From a virus (lineage: Duplodnaviria > Caudoviricetes): a stretch of 58,978 nucleotides of DNA. Location: positions 1-58,978 of IMG/VR virus record IMGVR_UViG_3300028588_000028. The stretch is one strand, 5' to 3'. The position numbers were made by a program, and so were the translations under genes. Shown here one piece after another: positions 18,302-28,760 of this stretch (position 1 is the stretch's first letter; each line of letters starts with the position of its first letter). The notes beneath the pieces were generated by a model. That model did no database searches and was not told the origin of the DNA. It was given only the letters and a program-made list of their open reading frames with translations.

Positions 18302-18578
18302 CCCTCGGCGGCTCTGGGAAGCTCACAACACCAGCAAGGCAATGCACTGTCGCCCTAGTGAGTTCTACGGAATCGAAGACGAGCTGGCAGCTTACAGCTT
18401 CGACAGGGCGGTAAACCTCTTCGGCGTGACGCTGGAGAACAGAGTTCAAGAAGTTGCATCAAAAGCAAAGAACAAGGCTTCTGCGGATCGCAAGGTCAAG
18501 CAGGAGCTGACAAAGTGGTTGTACAGCGACAATCCGGAAGCTGCACGGGGCCGGTTCCGTGACCCGATGAAGAACTAG
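18291..18578 (+). CDS. tail assembly chaperone extension, reached by a putative +1 frameshift at TTT_CGT (18290-18295)
   Basis: The +1 frame is open from 18291: FVRSPRRLWEAHNTSKAMHCRPSEFYGIEDELAAYSFDRAV... Confidence 0.7.
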   Translation, partial: FVRSPRRLWEAHNTSKAMHCRPSEFYGIEDELAAYSFDRAVNLFGVTLENRVQEVASKAKNKASADRKVKQELTKWLYSDNPEAARGRFRDPMKN

Positions 18579-18586
18579 GAGAAATC

Positions 18587-21500
18587 GTGGCCAACTACAC
18601 CCTCGGCGAGGCTCGTGGAAAGATCACCCTCGAGACCGACTTCACGAGCCTCGCCGAGGCGTCGAAAGCCATAGATGGATTAGAGAAAAAGCAAGGCAAG
18701 GCTGCCAAGAACTTCGACGGTGTCAACCGGGCCGTTCAGGATGTAGCCAACACCTCCTTAGTCGCGGGCGCAGCCGTCGCTAGCGGCTTCGCCCTCGCAG
18801 TCAAGACAGCCTCTGACTTCGAGTTCCAGATGAGCGCTATCCAGGCGGTCTCTGGAGCTACAGCTGATGAGATGGACCTCATCAACAAGGCCGCTCTGCG
18901 GATCGGCAAGGACACGGCTTTCGGAGCCACCGAAGCCGGTCAGGCCATGGAAGAGCTGGTCAAGGCCGGTGTCTCCGTCACAGACGTCTTAGGCGGCGCG
19001 GCTGACGCCACCGTGGCGCTCGCCGCAGCCGGAGGCGTAGACCTCCCCACCGCCGCTACCATCGCCTCGAATGCGATGAACCAGTTCGGTCTCGCAGCGA
19101 AGGATCTAGTCGGTGTCACCGACACCATTGCTGGCGCGGCCAACGCTTCTGCTATCGACATGGAGCAGTTCGCCTACAGCATGTCCCAGGTCGGCGCTGT
19201 TGCCAATCTCGCCGGTCTGAGCTTCAACGACACCGCCACCGCCATCGCAGAGATGGGCAACGCGGGCATCGTCGGCTCTGACGCCGGTACGTCTCTCAAG
19301 ACGATGCTGATGAACCTGCAGCCCAGCACTGAGAAGCAGACCACAGCCATGAAGGAGCTGGGCCTCGTCACCGAGGACGGCACCAACCGCTTCTACGACC
19401 AGGAAGGTCGTCTCAAGAGCCTCCGAGACATCCAGGAGATCCTGGGCACCTCGCTGGAGGGTCTTACCGCTCAACAGAAGCAGATGTATCTGGAGACCAT
19501 CTTCGGAGCCGACGCCATCCGTGGCGCTGCCGTTCTCGCGAAAGAGGGTGCAGCGGGCTACGACGAGATGACTGCGGCAATCGGCAAGGTCTCCGCAGCA
19601 GACGTCGCAGCGACTCGTCTGGACAACTTATCCGGATCGATCGAGCAGCTCAAGGGTGGCTTGGAAACAGTAGCTATCCAGATTGGTCAGCTGCTCATAC
19701 CCGTAGTGCGCCGCATGGTGGACTCGATCTCCGACTTCTTAGACTGGGTGATCAACCTCTCAGACGGCCAGAAGCAGCTACTGGCTACCGTCGGTCTGCT
19801 CGGAGCGGGGCTGCTGATCGGCCTCGGCATCTTCATCAAGACCACCTACGGCATCATCGAGTTCCGCAACGCACTTCTCGCTGCCAACGGTGCAGCTACG
19901 CTGTTCGGAGCCAAAGGTGCCCTGGAGAGCATCGTCGTCGGCCTTTCGCAGATGACCAAGGCTATGTTTGGAGCTAGCGTAGCCACGCGTGTGCAAACAG
20001 GATCGCTCTACGCATTCGGCCTGGCTTCTCGCAAGGCCGCCATAGCCGCACTCCTCTTCACCAAGGCTCTCCTCGCCAACCCCATCGTCCGTGTCATCGC
20101 CATCGTGCTGGCGCTCATCGGTGCTGTGGTGGCCTTGTCAGGTGGCTGGGAGGAGCTGGGCAAGATCTTCGCCCCTGTGGGCAAGGCTGTCATGAACATG
20201 TTCAAGGACATCGCCAAGGCTGTGAAGCCCCTGGTCGAAGCGTTCTCGGACATCGGATCCGAAGTCACCAAGGCTCTCGCGCCCGTGTTCACCGAGCTGG
20301 CTGCAGCTCTGCTTCCTGCGCTGCTGGCTGTGTTCCAGGCTCTCGCCGATATCCTGCTGCCCCTCGTGGAGATCTTCGCAGCAATCGCAGTACCCCTCAC
20401 AACCGCCCTGGTTCCGATCCTGTCTTCCTTGGTCAAGGTCGTCGGTCTGGTCTTGGGTGCATTCGCTCCTCTGATCGACATCCTCCTCAAGATCCTGGTT
20501 CCCGTTCTGGAGGCTGTCGCCTTCATCGTCGAGAAGGTCGCCGAGGCCATCCAGTGGCTCGCAGACAAGACCAAGGATGCATTCGACAACCAGATCCCCA
20601 AGCTTGTAGAGAAGCTCGGACCCAAGTTCCAGACTCTCTATGAGAACTACATCAAGCCTCTGGTCGAGAAAGCCATCGAGGCATGGAACAACTTCCGCAC
20701 CTTCATCCAGCCCGTGGTCGACTGGTGGAACAACACTGCAGCCCCCAACCTTGCTACTGCAGCGGACAAGGTCAAGAAAGCCTTCGCCGACGCCGTCACC
20801 GATATCAAGGACGCCTGGACCAAGCTCAAGGAAAAAGTACAGCCGGTTGCCGAGTGGTTCGTCAACACGGCGATCCCGAATATCGAGAGCGCTCTTGAAA
20901 CAGCCAAGACTCGTATCGCGGAATTCAAGGAAGGCTTCATCACTGCATGGGACAACATAAAGTCCCGAGTAGCACCTGTCATCACCTTCCTCAAAGACGA
21001 GGTGGGCAGCCGAGTCGCCGATGCATTCACCAACCTGCAAAACACTATCGGCTTCTTCCGAGATGTGTTCATGGGCGCTTGGGATCAGATCAAGTCCAAG
21101 GTCGAACCCGCTGCCAAGGTGGTCGAGACCTCGCACAACAAGATCAGCGACGCAGTTGACCGTCTCAAGACTCGAATCGAGCAGGCCAAGGAGCGCATCT
21201 CCGAGGCTTGGGATCGAATCCAGAAAGCTGTCGAGCCGGTTGTCGCAGCGCTCAAGCCTATCATCGAGGGCTTCCGAGACAACGTGCAAGATCTGCGCGA
21301 CAAGACGCAGGACGCTCGCAGCAAGATCGAGGATGCCTGGAGCAAGATCAAGCAGGCTATCCAGCCCGTAGTTGAGGCTCTGCGTCCGCTCATCGAGAAG
21401 CTCCGAGATGTGTTCGAAGAGCTGTTCGGCACCAAGGACGAGTCCAAGGGCATGGGCGGCGGAGCCAAGAAGTCGCAAGAAGCGGCTGACGGATTCGACA

Positions 21501-22486
21501 AGATCCTCTTCATAGTCGACATGCTGGTCAACGGCTTGGTGTTCTTGATCGACGCCTTCACCGGCGTCATCACCGTGATCGCCATCTTCATCGGCGTAGT
21601 CGCGAACATCATCGGTGTGGTTTCTGCAGTGGTGACGACCATCATCACCCTGTTCGGCGGACTGCTGAGCACAGTCGGCGGCATCTTCGCCGGTATCGGC
21701 AAAACCATAGCCGACGCCTGGGAGGGTGTGAAGCGCACCGTACAGCTTGGAGCGCAAGCAGTTGTCGCCTTCATCACTGGAAACTGGTCTGCCCTGCCCG
21801 GTCTGGTTTCGGCCTTCTTCTCCAGCATCTGGACTACGATATCAGGGATCTTTACCAACATCATCTCTACGGTATCTATTGCAGTGAGCAACGTAAAGCA
21901 GACAGTCAGCAATGTGTTCGGCACGCTCCCGGCAGTAGTTCGGGAGCGCCTGTCCGGTCTTGCGCAGGGAGCCAGGGAGAAATTCGGAGAGATCGTAGAT
22001 GCGGTCCAGACGATCCCCGGACGCATCCTCGGCGCTCTGGGCAACCTGGGAGGCCTACTCGTCGGCGCTGGTCGCAGCGTTATCCAAGGCTTCATCAGCG
22101 GCATCCAGTCCATGATCGGAACCGTGCGCAGCATGCTCGCCGAGCTGACTGCCATGATTCCCGAGGTCAAGGGTCCGCCTGAGAAGGACAAGGTGCTGCT
22201 GACGCCTGCTGGTGAGTCCATCATCCAGGGTCTCATCAACGGTATGCAGAACAAGCTCGGTCCGCTGCGCAGTATGCTTGAGGGTGTGACGCTCGGCATC
22301 CCGGACACGTTCGCTTACACCGCAGATGTCGGCACCTCCAAGTTCACCAAGCCCACTAGCAACAGCACGGTGGTCAACAACAGCACGACTAGGACTTACA
22401 ACGTGACCACTGACGAGAACCCGACCCTCTGGGCGCGAGCCGTAGGGCGCGAGTACGACGACGCTGACATTGGAGCCGGACGATGA
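18587..22486 (+). CDS. tape measure protein
   Basis: 1299 aa, TP901-type core (AGTSLKTML, ETIFGADA), TM segments and AW..IK..V.PV repeats. Confidence 0.95.
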   Translation: MANYTLGEARGKITLETDFTSLAEASKAIDGLEKKQGKAAKNFDGVNRAVQDVANTSLVAGAAVASGFALAVKTASDFEFQMSAIQAVSGATADEMDLINKAALRIGKDTAFGATEAGQAMEELVKAGVSVTDVLGGAADATVALAAAGGVDLPTAATIASNAMNQFGLAAKDLVGVTDTIAGAANASAIDMEQFAYSMSQVGAVANLAGLSFNDTATAIAEMGNAGIVGSDAGTSLKTMLMNLQPSTEKQTTAMKELGLVTEDGTNRFYDQEGRLKSLRDIQEILGTSLEGLTAQQKQMYLETIFGADAIRGAAVLAKEGAAGYDEMTAAIGKVSAADVAATRLDNLSGSIEQLKGGLETVAIQIGQLLIPVVRRMVDSISDFLDWVINLSDGQKQLLATVGLLGAGLLIGLGIFIKTTYGIIEFRNALLAANGAATLFGAKGALESIVVGLSQMTKAMFGASVATRVQTGSLYAFGLASRKAAIAALLFTKALLANPIVRVIAIVLALIGAVVALSGGWEELGKIFAPVGKAVMNMFKDIAKAVKPLVEAFSDIGSEVTKALAPVFTELAAALLPALLAVFQALADILLPLVEIFAAIAVPLTTALVPILSSLVKVVGLVLGAFAPLIDILLKILVPVLEAVAFIVEKVAEAIQWLADKTKDAFDNQIPKLVEKLGPKFQTLYENYIKPLVEKAIEAWNNFRTFIQPVVDWWNNTAAPNLATAADKVKKAFADAVTDIKDAWTKLKEKVQPVAEWFVNTAIPNIESALETAKTRIAEFKEGFITAWDNIKSRVAPVITFLKDEVGSRVADAFTNLQNTIGFFRDVFMGAWDQIKSKVEPAAKVVETSHNKISDAVDRLKTRIEQAKERISEAWDRIQKAVEPVVAALKPIIEGFRDNVQDLRDKTQDARSKIEDAWSKIKQAIQPVVEALRPLIEKLRDVFEELFGTKDESKGMGGGAKKSQEAADGFDKILFIVDMLVNGLVFLIDAFTGVITVIAIFIGVVANIIGVVSAVVTTIITLFGGLLSTVGGIFAGIGKTIADAWEGVKRTVQLGAQAVVAFITGNWSALPGLVSAFFSSIWTTISGIFTNIISTVSIAVSNVKQTVSNVFGTLPAVVRERLSGLAQGAREKFGEIVDAVQTIPGRILGALGNLGGLLVGAGRSVIQGFISGIQSMIGTVRSMLAELTAMIPEVKGPPEKDKVLLTPAGESIIQGLINGMQNKLGPLRSMLEGVTLGIPDTFAYTADVGTSKFTKPTSNSTVVNNSTTRTYNVTTDENPTLWARAVGREYDDADIGAGR

Positions 22487-23880
22487 GCACACTGAGTATC
22501 GGGGATCTCCTGGTCATCGGAGCGAACGGAGAAGGCAGCCCGGGTTGGTCCTACAACAACATCAAGGGCTGGTACGACTTCGACCAAGACCAGGTCGACT
22601 CAGACGCCCGACCGGGGCAGGATGGATCGTTCTCCGCGGACGAGAGCTACAGCTCGCAAGCGACCCCGTCTGTAGAAGGCATCTTCGTCTCAGGGAGCGC
22701 CTTCGAGGTGGCTCAGGCCAAGATGCTCCTGCGCACGATCAAGAACCAGGGGCTGAAGCAGCTGATCGTCTGGGACGACCACGGCCTGGTTACGCAGCGA
22801 CAGGCCTTCGTCGTACGTGCCATCCCCACTCACAGCGCTGGTCGCTCTGGGTTCAAATGGGCCATCGACATGTTCGCGTCCGACCCGGCGCTCTACGGCG
22901 CATCCCTGTTCACCGGACCGGTCGGCCCTCTCAGCCGGGGCGACGGCGGTCTGCGCTTCGACGAGTACACCGGCACCACCTATGGGTGGGACGGCACCGC
23001 GGGCGCGTCGTCGTCGTTCATGCGACAGGGAAACGTCGTCGCTCGCCGGAACTTCTCCACTGGCATAACACCGTCGCAACTGGGGCCGATGTCTCTTACG
23101 CCAGGTGTGAACTGGGGCGGCAAAACCTGGACCCGTTACAACGCCCAGGCATCCGGGAGCGGATCAGCCGCCCGTTTCGATCTCAACCCAACCACGATTC
23201 CTGATAAAACCTTGATCGCAGCCGGAATCTTGATCGGTAACGACGGGTCGTCTGCGGCAACGGTGAGCGTCGACGTGGGAGACTCTAATATCGTCCAGGC
23301 CACAATCCCAGCAGGGGCAACCGCCCGTGTGATCACTAACGGGTCTCCGGCCAAAGACGGGATCTATCAGTTCGTAGACATCCAGCCCGTATCTCAGACT
23401 ACGGCGTTCTCGTTCCTGTTCACAGAGGCAGTTATCGAGACCAATGGAACAACGCAGCCGGGAGTTTACTTTGACGGCAACACGGCGGGGACGGGGGTGG
23501 GACCCGGACTGCTGTTCCCGGAAACCTACGGCGCTCTCGGTAGCGACGGTCGTCTGCGAATCTACAACCCCGGCACGGCTCCCTCTTACAGCATCTTCAC
23601 CTTCGTGGGCGGGTCTTCGCTGGGCTTCACGATCACCAAGATCTCGACCGCAGAGCGCATCAGCATCGAGCGTGAGATACCCCTCGGAGCCGTTGTGGTG
23701 GTGAACCCTCGGACAGGCCGCGTAACCATCGACGGCGCTGCCAACGACATCAGCGGGTCGCTGCGAGACGACGACTGGTTCACCACCGCGCCCGGTGTGA
23801 CCGACCAGGTACAATTGGGGATCCTCGGGACAGCCTACGGATCCCCGACGCTGAGCGCAGAGACCCAACCGGCTTACTGA
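22483..23880 (+). CDS. distal tail (Dit-like) protein with inserted carbohydrate-binding-like domain
   Basis: ASDPALYG and NPGTAPSY motifs flank a ~200-aa beta-rich insertion; lies directly after the tape measure gene. Confidence 0.75.
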   Translation: MSTLSIGDLLVIGANGEGSPGWSYNNIKGWYDFDQDQVDSDARPGQDGSFSADESYSSQATPSVEGIFVSGSAFEVAQAKMLLRTIKNQGLKQLIVWDDHGLVTQRQAFVVRAIPTHSAGRSGFKWAIDMFASDPALYGASLFTGPVGPLSRGDGGLRFDEYTGTTYGWDGTAGASSSFMRQGNVVARRNFSTGITPSQLGPMSLTPGVNWGGKTWTRYNAQASGSGSAARFDLNPTTIPDKTLIAAGILIGNDGSSAATVSVDVGDSNIVQATIPAGATARVITNGSPAKDGIYQFVDIQPVSQTTAFSFLFTEAVIETNGTTQPGVYFDGNTAGTGVGPGLLFPETYGALGSDGRLRIYNPGTAPSYSIFTFVGGSSLGFTITKISTAERISIEREIPLGAVVVVNPRTGRVTIDGAANDISGSLRDDDWFTTAPGVTDQVQLGILGTAYGSPTLSAETQPAY

Positions 23881-23893
23881 ACAGGAGAATGCA

Positions 23894-25093
23894 ATGACAC
23901 TCAAGCAAGCATGGCCCGGTGTCTCGGGCAAAGCGCAAGTCCTCGACATCCGCAACGACCTCGCAGGGATGCTCATTCGACAAGGGGTCTTGGCTTCGGC
24001 TTCGGACGGTGCCGTACCCGCCGTGCCGCTGTTGAACAAGAGCAACACGCTCACCCCGAGCGTCCGAGAGTTCCATGCGATCATCAAGCGCCCGAACCGC
24101 GCAGACGGCTCGCAGATGATCTACAACGACGGCCCTACCGGAGCGTTCCCCGCCTTCGGCAGCGCGCCCCAGACCGGCACCCGCCTGGATCTGCTCTGGG
24201 TGAAGGCATTCGACACGCTGTACGACGACCGGGGCAATGTCGAGTTCGGCATCACGCCCGGCACGTCGACCACGGGCACCGCCCAGGCCAACCGCGCAGC
24301 GATGCCGGAAGGCGCTCTCGAGCTGGGAACGTTGCTCATGCCCGCGGGCGCGACCACGCTCAACAGCGCCGGTGTCGTCTGGACCGACACGTATCAGTAC
24401 GGGGCCATCCGGGGTGTCAACTTCTTCGTCCGGACCGAGGCGGAGCTGACGAGCGCACTGCAAGCCCTACTCCCTCTGGGGCAGCAGGTCACCAGCCTCG
24501 ACACGCAATGCACATTTGAGGTGGGCTTCGGATTCGGTAACGCCAACCGAGGCTTCTACCCCGTGAGCGGCAACATGCCGCGTCTTTACATGGATCGCCA
24601 CCCGACCGCTGGCGCTATCACGCAGTCCGGCGCTCCCTTCCCGATGGACACGCAGTACGTGTACGACGTTACGACGCAGCAGCTGCGATCCATCACCATG
24701 GACACCTATGGCAAGCGCCTCACCATCCCTTACGACGGCTTGTACCGCCTGCAGGGACAGTTGATCTTCGTGACCAACGGGACCGGGTCGCGCGCCATGT
24801 TCTTTTTGCGCAACATCGGCAACCCGGAAAACCCCACCGACGGAGACTGCAGCGTATTCTCGGCTGCATGGGGCGAGTCCGCAGGCTCCGGTGCGATGGG
24901 TGGTTTCGTGAGCGTCGACAAAGAGGTCTTCTTGCGCAAGGGTGACGTCATCACCATCGCAGGAAGGCAATCGTCAGGAGGAACCCTCGCCATCCCCGGC
25001 GGCACAAACAACCGACAGGTCAAGGGCGGCACTTACGCCATGATCGAATACATCGCCCCGCCGCGCGGAATCACGCCGCCCGTGGTTGGCTAA
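23894..25093 (+). CDS. minor tail protein (receptor-binding candidate)
   Basis: RLDLLWVK and MPEGALELG N-terminal motifs; C1q/TNF-like C-terminus (LTIPYDGLYRL, LRKGDVITI). Confidence 0.75.
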   Translation: MTLKQAWPGVSGKAQVLDIRNDLAGMLIRQGVLASASDGAVPAVPLLNKSNTLTPSVREFHAIIKRPNRADGSQMIYNDGPTGAFPAFGSAPQTGTRLDLLWVKAFDTLYDDRGNVEFGITPGTSTTGTAQANRAAMPEGALELGTLLMPAGATTLNSAGVVWTDTYQYGAIRGVNFFVRTEAELTSALQALLPLGQQVTSLDTQCTFEVGFGFGNANRGFYPVSGNMPRLYMDRHPTAGAITQSGAPFPMDTQYVYDVTTQQLRSITMDTYGKRLTIPYDGLYRLQGQLIFVTNGTGSRAMFFLRNIGNPENPTDGDCSVFSAAWGESAGSGAMGGFVSVDKEVFLRKGDVITIAGRQSSGGTLAIPGGTNNRQVKGGTYAMIEYIAPPRGITPPVVG

Positions 25094-25105
25094 AAGGAGA
25101 AGGAA

Positions 25106-25840
25106 ATGGCAGACATTGCAGTAGGAACCTCGGAGTACAGCTCTCTTCGAGGTAAGACGCAGTGGGCGGAAATGCGGGCTGGTCTCCAGCTCCTGGCGCT
25201 GTTGGCGTTCATCGCGCCGATGTTGCCCGGCTACCGCGTCACCGTCAACGAGGCTCGTCGGTCCCGCGCGGACCAGCTCAGCTTCTGGAATGCCTATCGG
25301 ACCTTCGTCCGCTACGGCAGACCATGGGCCGCTGTCGCTGCGGTGCCGTATACCAGCAAGCACGACAGCGGGCTGGCTTTCGACCTGGGAGGTCCAGGCG
25401 GCTCGGTCATCAGCGACGCGGCACATGCTTTTCTCGTCAAGTACGGCCCCCGCTTCGGCATCCACTGGATCGGCAAGAACTTCGGCGAGAAGTGGCACTT
25501 CGAGTACGTGCCCGGCACCGCTTCCGTGTTGGCTTCCAACATCTCACCCACCCCCATCAACATCCCCAAGGAGGAAAAAGACATGACCGACTACAGCCTC
25601 ATCCGTGGCAAGAACGACGGCAAGGTCTACCTGTCCGTGAATCGCGGACAGCGGTTCTGGATCAAGAGCGAAGCAGCCCTCGCCGACGTGCGCTACGTTC
25701 TGCGAGGGGTCGGCGCTGCATGTGCCGACCGCCCTGTCGAGGTCGTCGCCAACCCCGACGCGTACGGCGTCATCACCGAGTCCGCCGAGGACCTCACCGC
25801 TCGCATCGTCGAGCGTCTCAAGAAAGAAGGCATCCTGTGA
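25106..25840 (+). CDS. endolysin, peptidase M15 family
   Basis: R...Q, SKH, GLAFD and EKWHFEY zinc-peptidase motifs. Confidence 0.85.
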   Translation: MADIAVGTSEYSSLRGKTQWAEMRAGLQLLALLAFIAPMLPGYRVTVNEARRSRADQLSFWNAYRTFVRYGRPWAAVAAVPYTSKHDSGLAFDLGGPGGSVISDAAHAFLVKYGPRFGIHWIGKNFGEKWHFEYVPGTASVLASNISPTPINIPKEEKDMTDYSLIRGKNDGKVYLSVNRGQRFWIKSEAALADVRYVLRGVGAACADRPVEVVANPDAYGVITESAEDLTARIVERLKKEGIL

Positions 25841-26247
25841 CCAACACCACCCCTGTCGTCGACACGACCGGCAACAAGATCGACAACGCCCGCAAGTCCA
25901 TCGCCGCGGGTGTCTCCGCGGCCTTCGCAGCATCCATCCCCCTCGTGGGCGCTGCGCTGACGGACGGCGTCGTCACGGGGCAGGAGGCAGGCGGCATCGC
26001 CGCGGCCTTCGCCGGTGCCCTCGTGACCGTCGGCTACGTCACCTGGCAGACGGTGAACAAGCCCAAGCCCACGGACGTCGCCGCCCTCGACGCCCAGGTG
26101 ACCCAGCTCGCAGCCGCCTCCGCGCCCATCGTGGTCGTGGCTGCACCCGGCGCGGTCGAGGACGACTCTCTCGCCGACCCCGACGAGCTGGCTGCGCACG
26201 ACGCGGCCCTGTTCTCGGACGACGAAGAGCCCAAGCACTCCCTGTAA
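25837..26247 (+). CDS. holin
   Basis: RKSIAA start, two TM helices, acidic tail; GTGA-coupled to the endolysin. Confidence 0.75.
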   Translation: MTNTTPVVDTTGNKIDNARKSIAAGVSAAFAASIPLVGAALTDGVVTGQEAGGIAAAFAGALVTVGYVTWQTVNKPKPTDVAALDAQVTQLAAASAPIVVVAAPGAVEDDSLADPDELAAHDAALFSDDEEPKHSL

Positions 26248-26268
26248 GACGACTGAGAACGGGACATC

Positions 26269-27423
26269 ATGAGCAAGCTGAAGATGCGAGTCATCGCCGC
26301 TGAGATGGTAGGCGGTAGGCGAATCATCGATGTCCCGTTCTCGGACGGCAGTTTCGAAGACACTCTGAATGGGATTGGGTCGCTTGCGATCACAGTTCCC
26401 CTCTACGACTTCGACGCCCGAGCGCTGGACTTGCGCACCTCAGGCGCTCCCGCTCGAACCTTCCTGGGTCTGCTGATCAACGACCGCTTCCAGCAGCTCG
26501 GTCCTATCTGGAACCACCAGTACAGCAAGAACAAGAGACAGCTCAAGATCACCGCGGCGAACACATGGTCGTACTGGAACTACCGCGCCCTACTCGATCT
26601 GAACTCCGACACAGTCCCGCTGCTGCGTCCCGACGGCAGCGCCAACCCGGCGACCAACTTCGACGTCGTCGGCACAGACCTCGGCACAATCGGCAAGCGC
26701 GCCGTCCAGGCCATGAACAACCGCCCCGGGCAAGCGCTCCCCATGGTCTACGAGGCGGACCGCGCGGGAACCAACGAGCGCCATCTGCTGGGCGCTGACT
26801 TGAAGTACGGCGGCAGCTTCCTCAAAGACCTCACCAATGTAGAAAACGGCCCCGACATCCGCTTCGACGGTAGGTGGAATGCGGGGCGCGACGGTGTTGA
26901 GGTGGTCATGCGCTCGGGCACCGCAGCCGAGCCGCGTCTGTTCCAGCCCACGGTTCACAAGTGGGATCTGACGGTTGCAGAATCCGTCATCCGCAACCTC
27001 GAAGTCGAAGTCGACGGACAGGGCATGGCCGACACCGCATGGACTACGGGCGGTCGCACGAACGACATCGTGTTGATGGATCGGCAGTACAATCCCAATC
27101 TCAAAAAGCAGGGCTATCCCCGCTTGGACATGGTCGACACGAGCCACAGCTCGGTAGTCATCCCCAGCACACTCTCGGGTTACGGACGGGAGACACTGCG
27201 CAAGGGCAGCGTTCCGACGAGCTTCATCAGCTTCGAAGTTCGCTCCGACGCGATGCCATACATCGGCGAGTACCAAGTGGGCGACTACTGCACGATCAAG
27301 ATCAAGGATGACCCGTATCTGCCGGACGGCAAGTACATGCGCCGCATCGTGCAGATCAGCGGCAATCTCAAGGGCAAGTGGATCAAGATCACGACTGGTG
27401 AAACGGAGTGGAACGTTGGCTGA
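26269..27423 (+). CDS. minor tail (baseplate hub, Gp37-like) protein
   Basis: GPIWNHQY, LTNVENGPDIRF and YQVGDYCTI motifs typical of actinophage minor tail proteins. Confidence 0.8.
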   Translation: MSKLKMRVIAAEMVGGRRIIDVPFSDGSFEDTLNGIGSLAITVPLYDFDARALDLRTSGAPARTFLGLLINDRFQQLGPIWNHQYSKNKRQLKITAANTWSYWNYRALLDLNSDTVPLLRPDGSANPATNFDVVGTDLGTIGKRAVQAMNNRPGQALPMVYEADRAGTNERHLLGADLKYGGSFLKDLTNVENGPDIRFDGRWNAGRDGVEVVMRSGTAAEPRLFQPTVHKWDLTVAESVIRNLEVEVDGQGMADTAWTTGGRTNDIVLMDRQYNPNLKKQGYPRLDMVDTSHSSVVIPSTLSGYGRETLRKGSVPTSFISFEVRSDAMPYIGEYQVGDYCTIKIKDDPYLPDGKYMRRIVQISGNLKGKWIKITTGETEWNVG

Positions 27424-28213
27424 CCCGACCCCGCGCAACGGCATATCGGCCATCGCACAAGACGCCCGCGACACCAAGGATCGCGTGTCAGAGGTCGAGC
27501 GCCCTACGGGTACCAGCTACGACCAGACTGTCGCCAAGGTGTTCGCACTGTTCGAGCAGCTAGACGCGCAAGTGGCTGCCGCCATCGCTGCCAACAGCTA
27601 CACACGAGCGCAGATCGACGACAAGGTCAACGGTCGAGCGCTCGCCTCGCACACCCACGACCAGACGCAGATCACGGGTGTCTGGGACAAGGCTGTCAAC
27701 ACGACCAGCACGGGCGAGTTCGACGCAGGTGTCACGTCGGTCGGCGTCTACAACTTGCAGCTCACAAACAGCTACAAGGTCCAGTATGTGGACTCCCTCG
27801 GACGAATGGGCTTCGCCCCTTCCACGCGCCGGATGAAGACCCAGCTCGACCTCGCAGACTTCACAGACGAACAGATCGAAACGCTCCAGCTCGTGCACTA
27901 CAAGTACACCAGAGAGATCGAGCTGGAGCGTGTGCACTGCGCAGGCATACCGCCGTACCAGTGGATCCCCGGCTACCACGCAGGCACCTTCCTCGGCATG
28001 TACGCAGAGGATCTACACAACCTCGGCTTGTGGGAGTTCGTGATGTACCGACCCGACGAGACCGGCATGAGTGCTGCGCTCGACGAATCTGGCGCGCCCA
28101 TCCCAGAGGGCATCCGTTACGAGATGCTGGCGATGCTTCTCATACCAACCGTGCAGCGGCTGCTGGGCCGTGTTCGCGCAATCGAAGAGCGTCTGGAGAC
28201 AGCCGGGATCTGA
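27416..28213 (+). CDS. tail protein with C-terminal peptidase S74 intramolecular chaperone
   Basis: STRRMK cleavage-site motif, GMYAEDL, GIRYEML and a terminal coiled coil. Confidence 0.75.
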   Translation: MADPTPRNGISAIAQDARDTKDRVSEVERPTGTSYDQTVAKVFALFEQLDAQVAAAIAANSYTRAQIDDKVNGRALASHTHDQTQITGVWDKAVNTTSTGEFDAGVTSVGVYNLQLTNSYKVQYVDSLGRMGFAPSTRRMKTQLDLADFTDEQIETLQLVHYKYTREIELERVHCAGIPPYQWIPGYHAGTFLGMYAEDLHNLGLWEFVMYRPDETGMSAALDESGAPIPEGIRYEMLAMLLIPTVQRLLGRVRAIEERLETAGI

Positions 28214-28263
28214 GCCCTCAGGTAGAATTCCCTGGTGAACCACACCTGCTACCCGGAGGCCTC

Positions 28264-28758
28264 ATGAAGCCCACTCTTGCCTATATGACATCCATCCCCG
28301 CTCGGTTACCCACAGCCCTGGCCAAGGTGCCGGGACGAAACTGGGCCTGGGTCTACTTCAAGGGCGCTGTGGCTGCGTGGGCCGTAGCCCTGCTCCTGAA
28401 CCAGCCCGCCCTCGTCACGGCAACCGCTCAGCCCGTATTCGTGCGGGTCTACCTGTTGATGTGCATCTTCGGATCGGTCATCTCGGTGGTGGGCATGATC
28501 ATGTCCTCACAACACGGGAGATGGATCCAGCCGGTGGGCGTGGTGATCGAGCTGTCAGGCATCTTGCTCGCGATGATCGGCCCTCTGTGCTACGGTCTGA
28601 CGCAGATCGGCATCATGGCTGACATGCCTGAAACTGCAGGAAACAGGATCCACCTGATCTTCCTGGCGCACGCACTCTTCGCAGGACTCTTCGCGCGCGG
28701 CTATGTGGTCGCTCGGAGGTTCTGGCGCGAGGCTACCGACAAGCGTAAGGCGGTCTGA
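28264..28758 (+). CDS. multi-pass membrane protein (lysis-associated candidate)
   Basis: GGAGG RBS; four hydrophobic helices; TTA at 28306. Confidence 0.75.
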   Translation: MKPTLAYMTSIPARLPTALAKVPGRNWAWVYFKGAVAAWAVALLLNQPALVTATAQPVFVRVYLLMCIFGSVISVVGMIMSSQHGRWIQPVGVVIELSGILLAMIGPLCYGLTQIGIMADMPETAGNRIHLIFLAHALFAGLFARGYVVARRFWREATDKRKAV

Positions 28759-28760
28759 GC

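Noticed and set aside
20640-21400. Periodic Trp-containing repeats in the tape measure gene as a novel repeat system
   Set aside because: AW..IK..V.PV periodic repeats are a normal property of tape measure proteins.
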